Positions 1 through 9,446 of a stretch of 58,851 nt of DNA are shown piece after piece. The stretch is from positions 1 to 58,851 of the forward strand of contig WTAL01000163.1 in the NCBI GenBank assembly GCA_013139635.1. Direction: 5' to 3'. The notes under the pieces were generated by a model. It was not told where the DNA came from. It ran no database searches and was given only the letters and a program-made list of their open reading frames with translations. Within the stretch, counting starts at the first letter, position 1, and each line of letters starts with the position of its first letter. Position numbers and translations under genes: made by a program. The DNA comes from Paracoccaceae bacterium. GTDB lineage: Bacteria > Pseudomonadota > Alphaproteobacteria > Rhodobacterales > Rhodobacteraceae.

Positions 1-1540
1 CCAGCCGGATAAAATCCGCCCCGCCGTGCAGGGCCTCCCGCCAGCGGTCAAAGTTTTGCAAAACCGTATTGAGGCTGTTGCACGCCCGCGCGGGCAGCGC
101 CTTTTCGGCCACCACAATGCGCGCGCCTTCAAATGGCGAAACCCCGTTATCCCGCGCCACTTTGGCCACGGTTTGCAGGGCTTTATCACCCAAGCCGCGC
201 TTGGGTGTATTCACAATCCGGTCAAACGCCATGCCATCATCAGGGCTAACGACTACGCGGAAATAGGCCATGGCATCCCGAATTTCGAGGCGCTCATAAA
301 AGCGCGGGCCGCCGATCACGCGGTAGGGGATGCCGATGGCCATAAAGCGGTCCTCAAAGGCGCGCATCTGGTGAGAGGCGCGGACCAAGATGGCCATATC
401 ATTGGGCGAAACGGGGTCGAGGCCCCGTGTGCCACGCTGATAGGCCTCAATCTCCTCGCCAATCCAGCGGGCCTCTTCTGTGCCATCCAGAACGCCGATC
501 AGGCGAACTTTTTCGCCTTCTTTCTCAGCGGTCCACAGGGTTTTGCCGAGGCGGTTTGAATTGCTGTCAATTACCCCCGCAGCTGCCGCCAAAATATGCG
601 GCGTAGAGCGGTAATTCTGCTCCAAGCGCACCACATGCGCGCCGGGAAAATCCTTTTCAAAGCGCAAGATGTTACCCACTTCGGCCCCGCGCCAGCCATA
701 GATGGATTGGTCGTCATCCCCCACGCAGCATATGTTTTTATGACTTGAGGCCAGCAGCCGCAGCCATAGGTATTGCGCGACATTGGTATCCTGATACTCA
801 TCGACCAGAATATACTTAAACCAGCGCTGATATTGCTGGAGGATGTCAGGATAGGCCTGAAATATTTGCACCATGTGCAGCAGAAGGTCGCCAAAATCCA
901 CCGCGTTTAGCGTGGTTAGCCGCGCTTGGTATTGCTCATAAAGCTCAACCCCGCGCCGGTTATACGCCCCCGCCTCGCTACTCGGCACCTTGGAGGGCGT
1001 GAGCGCCCGGTTTTTCCAGCTGTCAATAATGCCCGCCAGCATGCGCGGCGGAAAGCGCTTTTCGTCGATGTTTCCATCGGCGCGGATGAGCTGTTTCATC
1101 AGGCGGATTTGGTCGTCGGTGTCGAGAATCGTAAAGCTGCTTTTCAGGCCCACCAGCTCGGCATGGCGGCGCAGAAGCTTGACGCAGATCGAGTGGAAAG
1201 TCCCGAGCCACGGCACGCCTTCAACCGTGCCGCCAAGGTTTATGCCCACCCGCTCTTTCATTTCTTTTGCGGCTTTATTTGTAAAAGTCACCGCCAAAAT
1301 CTCGTTTGGCCGCGCCCGCCCTGAATGCAGCAAATGCGCAATGCGCGCCGTAAGCGCTTTGGTTTTGCCAGTCCCCGCCCCCGCCAGCATCAAAACCGGC
1401 CCGTCAAGCTTCTCAACCGCCTGCTTTTGCTCGGGGTTTAACCCCTTCAAATAATCCGCAGGGCGCGCCTGCATCGCTTGTTGCGATAGCGGCACGGCGG
1501 CCTCAAAGGCGTCCGATTCATTATAATCCCAGTCATTCAT
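1..1540 (-). CDS. uvrD: UvrD/PcrA-family ATP-dependent DNA helicase (3' end runs off the window)
   Basis: Hand translation of the minus strand from ATG at 1540 gives MNDWDYNESDAFEAAVPLSQQ...LMLAGAGTGKTKALTARIAHLL (Walker A), AVTFTNKAAKEMKERV and ILVDEYQDTN (DEYQD box). The frame stays open to position 1. The plus-strand track ORFs here are shadows. Confidence 0.85.
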   Translation of the reverse strand, partial: MNDWDYNESDAFEAAVPLSQQAMQARPADYLKGLNPEQKQAVEKLDGPVLMLAGAGTGKTKALTARIAHLLHSGRARPNEILAVTFTNKAAKEMKERVGINLGGTVEGVPWLGTFHSICVKLLRRHAELVGLKSSFTILDTDDQIRLMKQLIRADGNIDEKRFPPRMLAGIIDSWKNRALTPSKVPSSEAGAYNRRGVELYEQYQARLTTLNAVDFGDLLLHMVQIFQAYPDILQQYQRWFKYILVDEYQDTNVAQYLWLRLLASSHKNICCVGDDDQSIYGWRGAEVGNILRFEKDFPGAHVVRLEQNYRSTPHILAAAAGVIDSNSNRLGKTLWTAEKEGEKVRLIGVLDGTEEARWIGEEIEAYQRGTRGLDPVSPNDMAILVRASHQMRAFEDRFMAIGIPYRVIGGPRFYERLEIRDAMAYFRVVVSPDDGMAFDRIVNTPKRGLGDKALQTVAKVARDNGVSPFEGARIVVAEKALPARACNSLNTVLQNFDRWREALHGGADFIRL

Positions 1541-1658
1541 GAGAGAGAAACTAACCTAGTTTAATAAAATGTGAAAGGGGCTTGTTCTGGAAATGTTCTG
1601 ATTGACATAAGGCGGGAACACTCCACTATGACGCGCATATCTTATTGGAGGTATTGAA

Positions 1659-2255
1659 ATGCTAAAGTATCTAATTATTGCTGTTTTGAGCTTAAGTGGC
1701 ATTAGCGCCAAAGCCCAATACGCTCCTGAAAATGAGGCCGGCCTAGCGGCAGCGCGCGGGGGGGATATGCAGGCGGCGTGGGATATCTGGAAGCCCTTGG
1801 CTGATGTGGGGGATGCGCGGGCGCAGTCCAATATCGGGGTTATGTATGATAATGGTGATATTGTGGCAGAGGATGATACCGAGGCCGTGCGCTGGTTTAC
1901 CCTTTCGGCTGAGGGCGGTTTTGATCAAGGTCAGTTCAACCTAGCGCAAAAGTATGGTGAGGGGGCGGGCGTGGCGCAGAACTGGACTATTGCGATAGGC
2001 TGGTACCAAGCGGCGGCGCGGCAGGGGCATCCGTACGCGCAGATGGCGCTTATGCAGGCGTATTACTTTGGTAATGGCGCCACGCCAGACCCCGCAAAAG
2101 CTTATATGTGGATGACCATCGCCGCCGAGACGGGCTTTGCGACGGCGGTCGATAACCTAGCGGATTTTGAAGCGCGGGTTGGCAAAGAAGCGGTGGCGCA
2201 AGGGCGAGAAATGGCGGTAAAATGCATTTCGGCGGGGCTGGAGGATTGCCCTTGA
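1659..2255 (+). CDS. secreted Sel1-repeat (SLR/TPR-like) protein
   Basis: Signal peptide MLKYLIIAVLSLSGISAKAQ. Repeated Sel1 units (AQSNIGVMYDNG, GQFNLAQKYGEGAGV, AIGWYQAAARQGHPYAQ). Confidence 0.8.
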   Translation: MLKYLIIAVLSLSGISAKAQYAPENEAGLAAARGGDMQAAWDIWKPLADVGDARAQSNIGVMYDNGDIVAEDDTEAVRWFTLSAEGGFDQGQFNLAQKYGEGAGVAQNWTIAIGWYQAAARQGHPYAQMALMQAYYFGNGATPDPAKAYMWMTIAAETGFATAVDNLADFEARVGKEAVAQGREMAVKCISAGLEDCP

Positions 2256-2265
2256 AGGATGATAA

Positions 2266-2829
2266 ATGAACAAGACAAACGCATTCTTGGTTCTGTTGTT
2301 GGTAATGGAGTTCTACCTTTTCTGGCGGCTTGATGTTGCCTTGAGGAAATCAAAACCACTGGATTTCACCGAAATATCGGGGCGAATTCGGTCGCATATT
2401 GCGCTCGTGGTTTTAGGCACAATGGGTTGTGCTGGGTTTTTGACCTTGGCGTTCGCTGTAGTTTCTTCGGATTCCGAATGGCTTAGCAAGCTCGGCCCGC
2501 TTTTGATTTTCGCAACATGTGCTGTTTTAACTGCGAGGCCTGCTTTGCCTTGGAGCGAAGTTAGATGGGACGAAAATGGCGTCGAGGGGTATGTATATTC
2601 GTGGCGACACCCGATCATCCCAAAACACAGGAAAGTCACTTGGGAGGGAATTTCGGAAGTTAAAATGCAACGGGGCGGAACAATTTTGCTAGGCGATAAC
2701 AAAAGGTGCTTACTCGCATGGCCAGGAGCATATCGTGGCCATAGATTCCTCAATGCGCATTTATCGAAGATGAGACCAGATTTGTTTTACGCGCCCTATT
2801 ACATTGTCCCGATCCCGCGTGAAAAGTAG
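2266..2829 (+). CDS. hypothetical membrane protein
   Basis: 187-aa ORF with 2-3 hydrophobic helices. Visibly lower GC than the neighbours. I recognise no motif. Confidence 0.45.
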   Translation: MNKTNAFLVLLLVMEFYLFWRLDVALRKSKPLDFTEISGRIRSHIALVVLGTMGCAGFLTLAFAVVSSDSEWLSKLGPLLIFATCAVLTARPALPWSEVRWDENGVEGYVYSWRHPIIPKHRKVTWEGISEVKMQRGGTILLGDNKRCLLAWPGAYRGHRFLNAHLSKMRPDLFYAPYYIVPIPREK

Positions 2830-2913
2830 GCTGCTACATCATGTTGCATTGCAATATTGGCTTCCCTTGGGTAAGAAGGGCTGACCCGTCACCCAACACA
2901 CAAAGGTTCTGTG

Positions 2914-5900
2914 ATGAAAAACTTCTCCAAAATCCTGATCGCCAACCGTGGTGAAATCGCCATTCGCATCATGCGGGCTGCCAATGAAATGGGCAAACGC
3001 ACGGTGGCTGTGTATGCGGAGGAGGACAAGCTGAGCCTGCACCGCTTTAAGTCAGACGAGGCTTACCGGATTGGCGAGGGCATGGGGCCGGTGGCGGCTT
3101 ATCTTTCGATTGAGGAAATCATCAGAGTGGCGAAGGAATGTGGCGCGGATGCTATTCACCCCGGCTATGGGCTGCTCTCGGAAAACCCTGATTTTGTGGA
3201 TGCCTGCGTGGCGGCTGGTATTACGTTTATTGGCCCTAAGGCGGCAACGATGCGCCAGTTGGGCGATAAGGCATCGGCGCGCAAAGTGGCGATTGAGGCG
3301 GGGGTGCCGGTGGTGCCAGCGACCGAGGTTTTGCCGGATGATATGAATGAAGTGCGCCGGATGGCCGCCGAAGTTGGTTATCCGTTTATGCTGAAAGCCA
3401 GCTGGGGCGGCGGCGGGCGCGGGATGCGGCGGGTGATGTCTGAGGACGAACTGGAAGACATGGTGCTGGAAGGGCGGCGCGAGGCCGAGGCAGCGTTTGG
3501 CAATGGTGCGGGGTATTTGGAGCGGCTGGTGCAGCGGGCGCGGCACGTGGAAGTCCAAATTCTTGGCGATTCCCACGGGAAGATTTTCCACCTTTGGGAG
3601 CGGGATTGCTCGGTGCAGCGGCGGAACCAGAAAGTGGTGGAGCGGGCGCCTGCGCCTTACCTTTCGCAAGAGCAGCGCGAAACGCTTTGTGCCTTGGGCC
3701 GCAAGATTTGCGCCCATGTGGGCTATGAATGTGCGGGCACGGTAGAGTTCCTGATGGATATCGACACCGAGGAGTTTTTCTTTATTGAAGTGAACCCGCG
3801 CGTGCAGGTGGAGCATACGGTGACGGAGCAAGTCACTGGTATTGATATCGTGCGGGCGCAGATTTTGATCGCCGAAGGGCGGACGATTGAGGAGGCCACG
3901 GGGAAGGCCAGCCAAGACGAGGTGAAGCTGAACGGCCATGCGCTGCAATGCCGGATTACGACGGAAGACCCGCAGAACAATTTTATACCGGATTATGGCC
4001 GGATTACTGCCTATCGCGGGGCGACGGGCATGGGGATACGGCTGGATGGTGGCACGGCGTATAGCGGGGCTGTGATCACGCGGTATTATGATAGCTTGTT
4101 GGAGAAAGTGACGGCATGGGCGAACACGCCCGAGGCCGCGATTGCGCGGATGGATCGGGCGTTGCGGGAGTTTCGGATACGGGGGGTTTCGACAAACATT
4201 GCGTTTGTTGAGAACCTGCTGAAACACCCGACTTTTCTTGACGATACCTATACGACGACCTTTATTGATAACACGCCGGAGCTGTTTAACTTCAAAAAGC
4301 GCCGTGATCGGGCGACGAAGATTTTGACGTATATTGCGGATATTACGGTGAATGGGCATCCGGAAACGGAAGGGCGGGATAAGCCGCCAGCGCACGCGCG
4401 CACGCCGGTTGTGCCGGTGGTGCGTGCTTCGCGGGCACCCTACGGGACGCGGAATTTGCTTGAGGACAAGGGCGCGCAGGCGGTGGCTGATTGGATGCTG
4501 GCGCAGAAGCAGTTGCTGATTACGGATACGACGATGCGGGACGGGCATCAAAGCCTGCTCGCCACGCGGATGCGCTCGGTTGATATGCTGAATGTAGCGG
4601 AGAGTTATGCTCATAATCTCTCAGGCCTTTTTAGCATTGAGGCATGGGGCGGGGCGACGTTTGATGTGGCGTATCGGTTCTTGCAGGAGTGCCCGTGGCA
4701 GCGGCTGCGTGACTTGCGCAAGCGGGTGCCAAATGTGATGACGCAGATGCTTTTGCGGGCGTCTAATGGCGTGGGGTATACCAATTATCCTGATAATGTG
4801 GTGCAGAAATTTGTGGCGCAAGCGGCGGATACTGGCGTGGACGTTTTCCGGGTGTTTGACAGCCTCAACTGGGTTGAAAACATGCGCGTGGCGATGGATG
4901 CCGTGGTGGAAAGCGGCAAAATTTGCGAGGGCGCGATTTGCTATACGGGTGATATATTGAACCCTGAGCGGGCGAAGTATGACCTGAAGTATTACGTGGC
5001 TATGGGCAAGGAATTGCGCGACGCAGGGGCGCATGTGTTGGGCCTTAAGGATATGGCGGGCTTGCTGAAGCCAGCTGCCGCCACGGCGCTTGTAAAAGCG
5101 CTGAAAGAGGAAGTCGGCCTGCCGATTCATTTTCACACGCACGATACCAGCGGCATTGCTGCCGCCACCATTCTGGCGGCCTCCGAGGCCGGTGTGGACG
5201 CGGTAGATGTGGCGATGGACGCGTTTTCCGGCGGCACTTCGCAGCCCTGCCTTGGCTCGGTGGTTGAGGCCCTGCGCAACACCGACCGCGATACCGGCCT
5301 TGATATCGGCGTCATCCGCAAAACGTCGGATTATTGGGAGGCCGTGCGCCAGCAATATGCGGCGTTTGAAAGTGGCCTTGCGGCGCCTGCTTCCGAGGTT
5401 TATTTGCACGAAATGCCCGGTGGGCAGTTTACCAATTTGAAGGCGCAAGCGCGCAGCCTTGGCTTGGAAGAGCGCTGGCACGAGGTGGCGCAAGCCTATG
5501 CCGACGTAAACCAGATGTTTGGGGACATCGTGAAGGTGACGCCATCGAGTAAGGTCGTCGGCGATATGGCCTTGATGATGGTTTCTCAAGGCCTCACCCG
5601 TGCCGAAGTGGAAAACCCTGAAGTAGACGTAGCCTTTCCTGATAGCGTGATCGACATGATGCGCGGCAATCTTGGGCAACCTCCGGGAGGTTTCCCTGAG
5701 GCGTTTGTTTCAAAAGTGCTGAAGGGCGAAGCGCCAAATGTGGAGCGGCCCGGCAAGCACCTGCCAGCAGCAGACCTTGAGGCTGTGCGGGCCGAGATCA
5801 GCAAACAGCTTGAGGGCTTTACGGTTGATGACGAGGATCTGTGCGGCTATCTGATGTATCCAAAAGTGTTCCTTGATTACATGGGCCGCCACCGGATATA

Positions 5901-6357
5901 TGGCCCCGTGCGCACGCTGCCGACGAAGACTTTCTTCTATGGCATGGTGCCGGGCGAGGAGATTTCAGCCGAGATTGACCCTGGTAAAACCCTTGAGATC
6001 CGCCTGCAAGCGGTGGGGGAAACCAATGAGGATGGCGACGCCAAGGTGTTCTTTGAGCTTAACGGCCAGCCGCGCAACATCCGCGTGCCTAACCGCAAGG
6101 TGGCTGCGACTACGGCGAAGCGGCCCAAGGCTGAAGCGGGCAATGCCCTGCATATCGGCGCGCCCATGCCGGGGCTGATTGCCACCGTAGGCGTGGCTGC
6201 TGGGCAGGCCGTGAAAGAGGGCGACCTTTTGATGACCATTGAAGCGATGAAAATGGAAACCGGCATTCATGCGGATGCGGATGGCACGGTGAAAGCGGTG
6301 CATGTACATGCGGGTGCGCAGGTAGATGCCAAGGAGTTGCTGGTCGAATTCGAGTAG
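2914..6357 (+). CDS. pyc: pyruvate carboxylase
   Basis: About 1147 aa. Biotin carboxylase N-terminus (KILIANRGEIAIRIMRA), carboxyltransferase core and C-terminal biotinyl domain with the EAMKMET motif. ATG at 2914 is preferred over GTG at 2911. Confidence 0.95.
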   Translation: MKNFSKILIANRGEIAIRIMRAANEMGKRTVAVYAEEDKLSLHRFKSDEAYRIGEGMGPVAAYLSIEEIIRVAKECGADAIHPGYGLLSENPDFVDACVAAGITFIGPKAATMRQLGDKASARKVAIEAGVPVVPATEVLPDDMNEVRRMAAEVGYPFMLKASWGGGGRGMRRVMSEDELEDMVLEGRREAEAAFGNGAGYLERLVQRARHVEVQILGDSHGKIFHLWERDCSVQRRNQKVVERAPAPYLSQEQRETLCALGRKICAHVGYECAGTVEFLMDIDTEEFFFIEVNPRVQVEHTVTEQVTGIDIVRAQILIAEGRTIEEATGKASQDEVKLNGHALQCRITTEDPQNNFIPDYGRITAYRGATGMGIRLDGGTAYSGAVITRYYDSLLEKVTAWANTPEAAIARMDRALREFRIRGVSTNIAFVENLLKHPTFLDDTYTTTFIDNTPELFNFKKRRDRATKILTYIADITVNGHPETEGRDKPPAHARTPVVPVVRASRAPYGTRNLLEDKGAQAVADWMLAQKQLLITDTTMRDGHQSLLATRMRSVDMLNVAESYAHNLSGLFSIEAWGGATFDVAYRFLQECPWQRLRDLRKRVPNVMTQMLLRASNGVGYTNYPDNVVQKFVAQAADTGVDVFRVFDSLNWVENMRVAMDAVVESGKICEGAICYTGDILNPERAKYDLKYYVAMGKELRDAGAHVLGLKDMAGLLKPAAATALVKALKEEVGLPIHFHTHDTSGIAAATILAASEAGVDAVDVAMDAFSGGTSQPCLGSVVEALRNTDRDTGLDIGVIRKTSDYWEAVRQQYAAFESGLAAPASEVYLHEMPGGQFTNLKAQARSLGLEERWHEVAQAYADVNQMFGDIVKVTPSSKVVGDMALMMVSQGLTRAEVENPEVDVAFPDSVIDMMRGNLGQPPGGFPEAFVSKVLKGEAPNVERPGKHLPAADLEAVRAEISKQLEGFTVDDEDLCGYLMYPKVFLDYMGRHRIYGPVRTLPTKTFFYGMVPGEEISAEIDPGKTLEIRLQAVGETNEDGDAKVFFELNGQPRNIRVPNRKVAATTAKRPKAEAGNALHIGAPMPGLIATVGVAAGQAVKEGDLLMTIEAMKMETGIHADADGTVKAVHVHAGAQVDAKELLVEFE

Positions 6358-6374
6358 GCCTGTGGGGATAACAA

Positions 6375-7130
6375 ATGCTAAAATCTTATGCCGCTATAAT
6401 TTTGATACTTGGTTGCTTTGGCAACACGGCGCAGGCGGGAGACCCGTGCCCTATTCATGTGAGTATAAACGATCTGGGCTCGCCGGACTGGCTGGATAAT
6501 TCGGCGCTTCTCAATGCCTTGGAGTCGCGTCAAATCTGGATAGGCATTAGCTATGAAAACCTAGATGACGGCATTTTGCTAACGCGTGTTTACGCGGGGT
6601 CGCCGGCTGCCGAGGCGGGGCTGCTAGAGGGGGATATCGTCTCCGATATTGAAGGGCGGCCCACCACAGAAAGCGAAACTTTTGAGCGGTTAAATATTGG
6701 GGAGGCCGTGGTTTTCTCAATTGATAGGGATGGGCAAAGGCTTGATGCGCTTGTGACGATTGGCGGCGCTGACCCTGTGCCGCTGGCGATCGTTCAGCAG
6801 CTTGGCAAAACTGAGTGCCGCACGGCTGATATTGCGCAAGCGGATGCTGAAATGGATCGAGCGGTGATGGCGCGGCTATTTACCGAAAGCCGCGCGTTTA
6901 GATGTGACGATGCGCATAAGGTGCTTGAGCCGTTAATGGAGCCATTTCAAAGTGATACGGTTTACTTTGTGCGCGGCAGCCGCCGGTTGCTGCTAACAAT
7001 GCCCTATTACGGAACGGCTTGTATTTCCACGTTGTCTTTGGATGGTGAAAACCTGAATGACAGCGCCGTCAGTGAAGTGATCGAACAGGTGATCAGCGAC
7101 TATGTTCGCGAGCGGTTTGAGAATCCATAG
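6375..7130 (+). CDS. secreted PDZ-domain protein
   Basis: Signal peptide (ILILGCFGNTAQAG). PDZ-like core GILLTRVYAGSPAAEAGLLEGDIVSDIEG. Confidence 0.7.
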   Translation: MLKSYAAIILILGCFGNTAQAGDPCPIHVSINDLGSPDWLDNSALLNALESRQIWIGISYENLDDGILLTRVYAGSPAAEAGLLEGDIVSDIEGRPTTESETFERLNIGEAVVFSIDRDGQRLDALVTIGGADPVPLAIVQQLGKTECRTADIAQADAEMDRAVMARLFTESRAFRCDDAHKVLEPLMEPFQSDTVYFVRGSRRLLLTMPYYGTACISTLSLDGENLNDSAVSEVIEQVISDYVRERFENP

Positions 7131-7654
7131 GGTCGTGGTGTGCGCCTTGAAAAGCGCCGCCATATGGCGCGTGCCAGCCCCACGAGCAAGGCAATAAAAG
7201 CAAGCGTTGTCAGCACAGATTTTACGATGGTCAGTCGACTGGCAAAGCCAACCATTTCTTCCGTCAGGCCTGAAGGGTATGCACTGAGCATGCTCGAAAC
7301 CGCCGCGTTTTCAAGCAGGTCAAACCCAGCGGCACTTACCGCAAGCGCAATCATTGCGAAGGCCACTTTTCGGCGAAACAGGAGGCGGAAGCTCAGGGCA
7401 AATGAGATGGCGAGCAGCGGCGGATATACCGTATCCAATTTGTGTTGGGCATCTAGGTAGTAGGCACGGCCCTCCTCGCCGAGGCTGTCAATTAATGCCA
7501 AGGCCTGTTTGAAAGTATAACCTGCTGGCAGCATGTCAAAAACGGGCTGCCCGCCGGAAAAGGCAGTAAGGGCAGGCATGGTCCAGACAAGCATTGCTAA
7601 ATAGACAGCACACGCAAGCCCCCACGCGAGAATCGCAGTATTTCGACCCATCAT
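7100..7654 (-). CDS. hypothetical multi-pass membrane protein
   Basis: Hydrophobic ORF. I prefer the ATG at 7654, which forms an ATGA start/stop overlap with the upstream DUF2306 gene, over the longer 7714 start. Confidence 0.55.
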   Translation of the reverse strand: MMGRNTAILAWGLACAVYLAMLVWTMPALTAFSGGQPVFDMLPAGYTFKQALALIDSLGEEGRAYYLDAQHKLDTVYPPLLAISFALSFRLLFRRKVAFAMIALAVSAAGFDLLENAAVSSMLSAYPSGLTEEMVGFASRLTIVKSVLTTLAFIALLVGLARAIWRRFSRRTPRPYGFSNRSRT

Positions 7655-8244
7655 TTGGCCCGCCCGTTTAGCCACCACCACGCAAAGCCCAAATTTGGCA
7701 GCCAGCAGAGCCACGCAAGATAAACCGAGGCTTCGGTATAGCTGAAACCGGCGGCCATAAAGCCGAGCAGGTAAAGCCTTAGGGTAACGCCTGCAAAGGT
7801 CAGGGCGAAGGAATATATCATCCAGCGGCGGTGCTTACCGATGCGGCGTGCCATAGCATGGCGGATGGCGTTGGCCGTTGTGAAAACCCAAGCAATGGCG
7901 AGCAGGGCAAAGCCGGATTGTGCCGAAAGCCCGCCAGCGGCATTTAAGGCCACGAGTAGGCCAGCACTTCCGCTCACGACAATCGCCACGCCATACACGC
8001 GCCCAAGCCAGCGGTGCAAAGGTTTACGCCGTCTAATGCTGGCAAAAAACTGTACAGACCCAACCATAAGCGCAACAGGTGCGAGGCTGACATGCAGCAC
8101 AAAAGCCAGCCGTTGCCCCTCTATTTGCCCAAGCATATCGGGGAATGACAATGGCAGGCCGAGGGCTAGAAAACGGTAAGAACCGAGCGCAACAAGCAGG
8201 CTGAGTATGGTTGCGATTATTAGCGAAATGCGGGCGTAGGCCAT
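7651..8244 (-). CDS. DUF2306-like membrane protein
   Basis: 197 aa and about 5 TM helices. The pattern VQF..S.RRRKPLHRWLGRVY is typical of DUF2306 as I remember it. Confidence 0.6.
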   Translation of the reverse strand: MAYARISLIIATILSLLVALGSYRFLALGLPLSFPDMLGQIEGQRLAFVLHVSLAPVALMVGSVQFFASIRRRKPLHRWLGRVYGVAIVVSGSAGLLVALNAAGGLSAQSGFALLAIAWVFTTANAIRHAMARRIGKHRRWMIYSFALTFAGVTLRLYLLGFMAAGFSYTEASVYLAWLCWLPNLGFAWWWLNGRAK

Positions 8245-8260
8245 GGGAGCTCCTTAACTA

Positions 8261-8298
8261 GACAGTGTAAAGTTAAATGTGTTGCTTGACACTGTCAA
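8261..8298. promoter_or_regulatory. candidate TetR operator / promoter in a divergent intergenic region
   Basis: Perfect 6-1-6 palindrome TTGACA-C-TGTCAA at 8286-8298. An 8-bp inverted partner, GACAGTGT (8261-8268) with ACACTGTC (8289-8296). TTGACA plus a 16-nt spacer plus TACATT (8308-8313) resembles a sigma70 promoter. Confidence 0.4.
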
Positions 8299-8319
8299 GC
8301 TGTGAGTTACATTTGTGCA

Positions 8320-8916
8320 ATGCGTAAAGATACACACCACCACGGAGACCTGCGTGAGGCTCTCATTCTGGCAGGCATTGAATTGCTGGATGAGGGCGGC
8401 ATTGACGCCCTGACATTGCGCAAATGCGCCGCAAGGGCTGGGGTTTCGCATGCTGCGCCCGCGCACCATTTTAAGGGCCTCGTCAGCCTAAAAGCCGCCA
8501 TAGTCGCCCGTTGCTATCGTATGTTTTCAAGCACTATGCTGGCGCACAAAAACAATGCAGGCACCACGCCGCGCGCGCAACTACTGGCGATTTGCGAGGG
8601 GTACCTTGCGTTCACCCGCACCCACGCGCCGCTCTTCCAGATCATGTTTCAGCCCAAGCCCGAGGGTATGGAGCGGGTAAACCCAGACATTCTGGAAGAG
8701 CTGGAAACTGAGTCGACCAATGCCTTTATGATTCTGCGCGCAGCCAGCGCCCCCTTTGCGCCTGTTGGCGGGCATGAGCAGGGTACAGAAGTTATGGTCT
8801 GGGCGCTGGTGCATGGCTATGCCGTGCTATTTGCCAACGCACCGGACGAAGAAACCCCCGCTGGGGTGCTGCCTGAATTTGCCCGCATCCTGCCAGATTT
8901 GCCGCTGCGCAAATAA
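8320..8916 (+). CDS. TetR/AcrR-family transcriptional regulator
   Basis: N-terminal HTH: GDLREALILAGIELLDEGGIDALTLRKCAARAGVSHAAPAHHF. ATG 8320 is preferred. The GTG at 8302 would lie inside the putative promoter. Confidence 0.85.
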   Translation: MRKDTHHHGDLREALILAGIELLDEGGIDALTLRKCAARAGVSHAAPAHHFKGLVSLKAAIVARCYRMFSSTMLAHKNNAGTTPRAQLLAICEGYLAFTRTHAPLFQIMFQPKPEGMERVNPDILEELETESTNAFMILRAASAPFAPVGGHEQGTEVMVWALVHGYAVLFANAPDEETPAGVLPEFARILPDLPLRK

Positions 8917-8981
8917 TTTGCCAAAGCGTGAATTTTCCGCTTGCAGCCCCATCGAGAATCTCTATATATCAGCCACAAGAA

Positions 8982-9056
8982 GCGGGCGTAGCTCAGTGGT
9001 AGAGCACTTCGTTGCCAACGAAGATGTCGTGAGTTCGAATCTCATCGCCCGCTCCA
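8982..9056 (+). tRNA. tRNA-Gly (anticodon GCC)
   Basis: 75-nt cloverleaf folded by hand. Acceptor GCGGGCG/CGCCCGC, anticodon stem CTTCG/CGAAG with loop TTGCCAA, T-loop GTTCGAATC, encoded CCA. Confidence 0.95.
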
Positions 9057-9134
9057 ATTTACCCCAAAACCCTAAAGCCTGCGGCTGATATATTGTGCTA
9101 TGCTCTGCCTTTACAAAAGAGGTTTGCCAGCACT

Positions 9135-9407
9135 ATGTCAGTTTTACGGTTTTTCAGCGCGGCCAAAGTTTGGAGCCACGGGGATTTTTATGAACCCTGG
9201 GAGGCTGGGCCGTCTATTTTTGAGTTTTTGGCCGACACTCCGAACGAAGGTTCAGAGCAGCACCTGCCGGACGAGGAAAAACTGTTTAAACCCGATAAAA
9301 TCCGCTTTGCGGCGGGGGCGTTAGACAACCTGTTGGGCGGGGCTTCGGAGGATAGTTTAAAGAAGGCTGCCAAGCATTACGGGATGATCCAAAAGGTTGT
9401 GAGCTAG
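9135..9407 (+). CDS. hypothetical protein, possibly the N-terminal fragment of the downstream ORF
   Basis: ORF ending in TAG at 9405-9407. It is in the same frame as 9447-10697. I recognise no motif. Confidence 0.35.
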   Translation: MSVLRFFSAAKVWSHGDFYEPWEAGPSIFEFLADTPNEGSEQHLPDEEKLFKPDKIRFAAGALDNLLGGASEDSLKKAAKHYGMIQKVVS

Positions 9408-9446
9408 CCAAGCAAGGCCAATATCGCCAAGCTTTATGCGGCCCTG

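Noticed and set aside
26-1454. Plus-strand ORFs 26-559, 926-1324 and 990-1454
   Set aside because: They lie antisense to the uvrD frame, which carries Walker A and DEYQD motifs. Their translations have no recognisable motifs.
3052-5679. Two long minus-strand ORFs (520 aa and 352 aa) inside pyc
   Set aside because: Both are Arg/His/Pro-rich shadow frames opposite an unmistakable pyruvate carboxylase reading frame.
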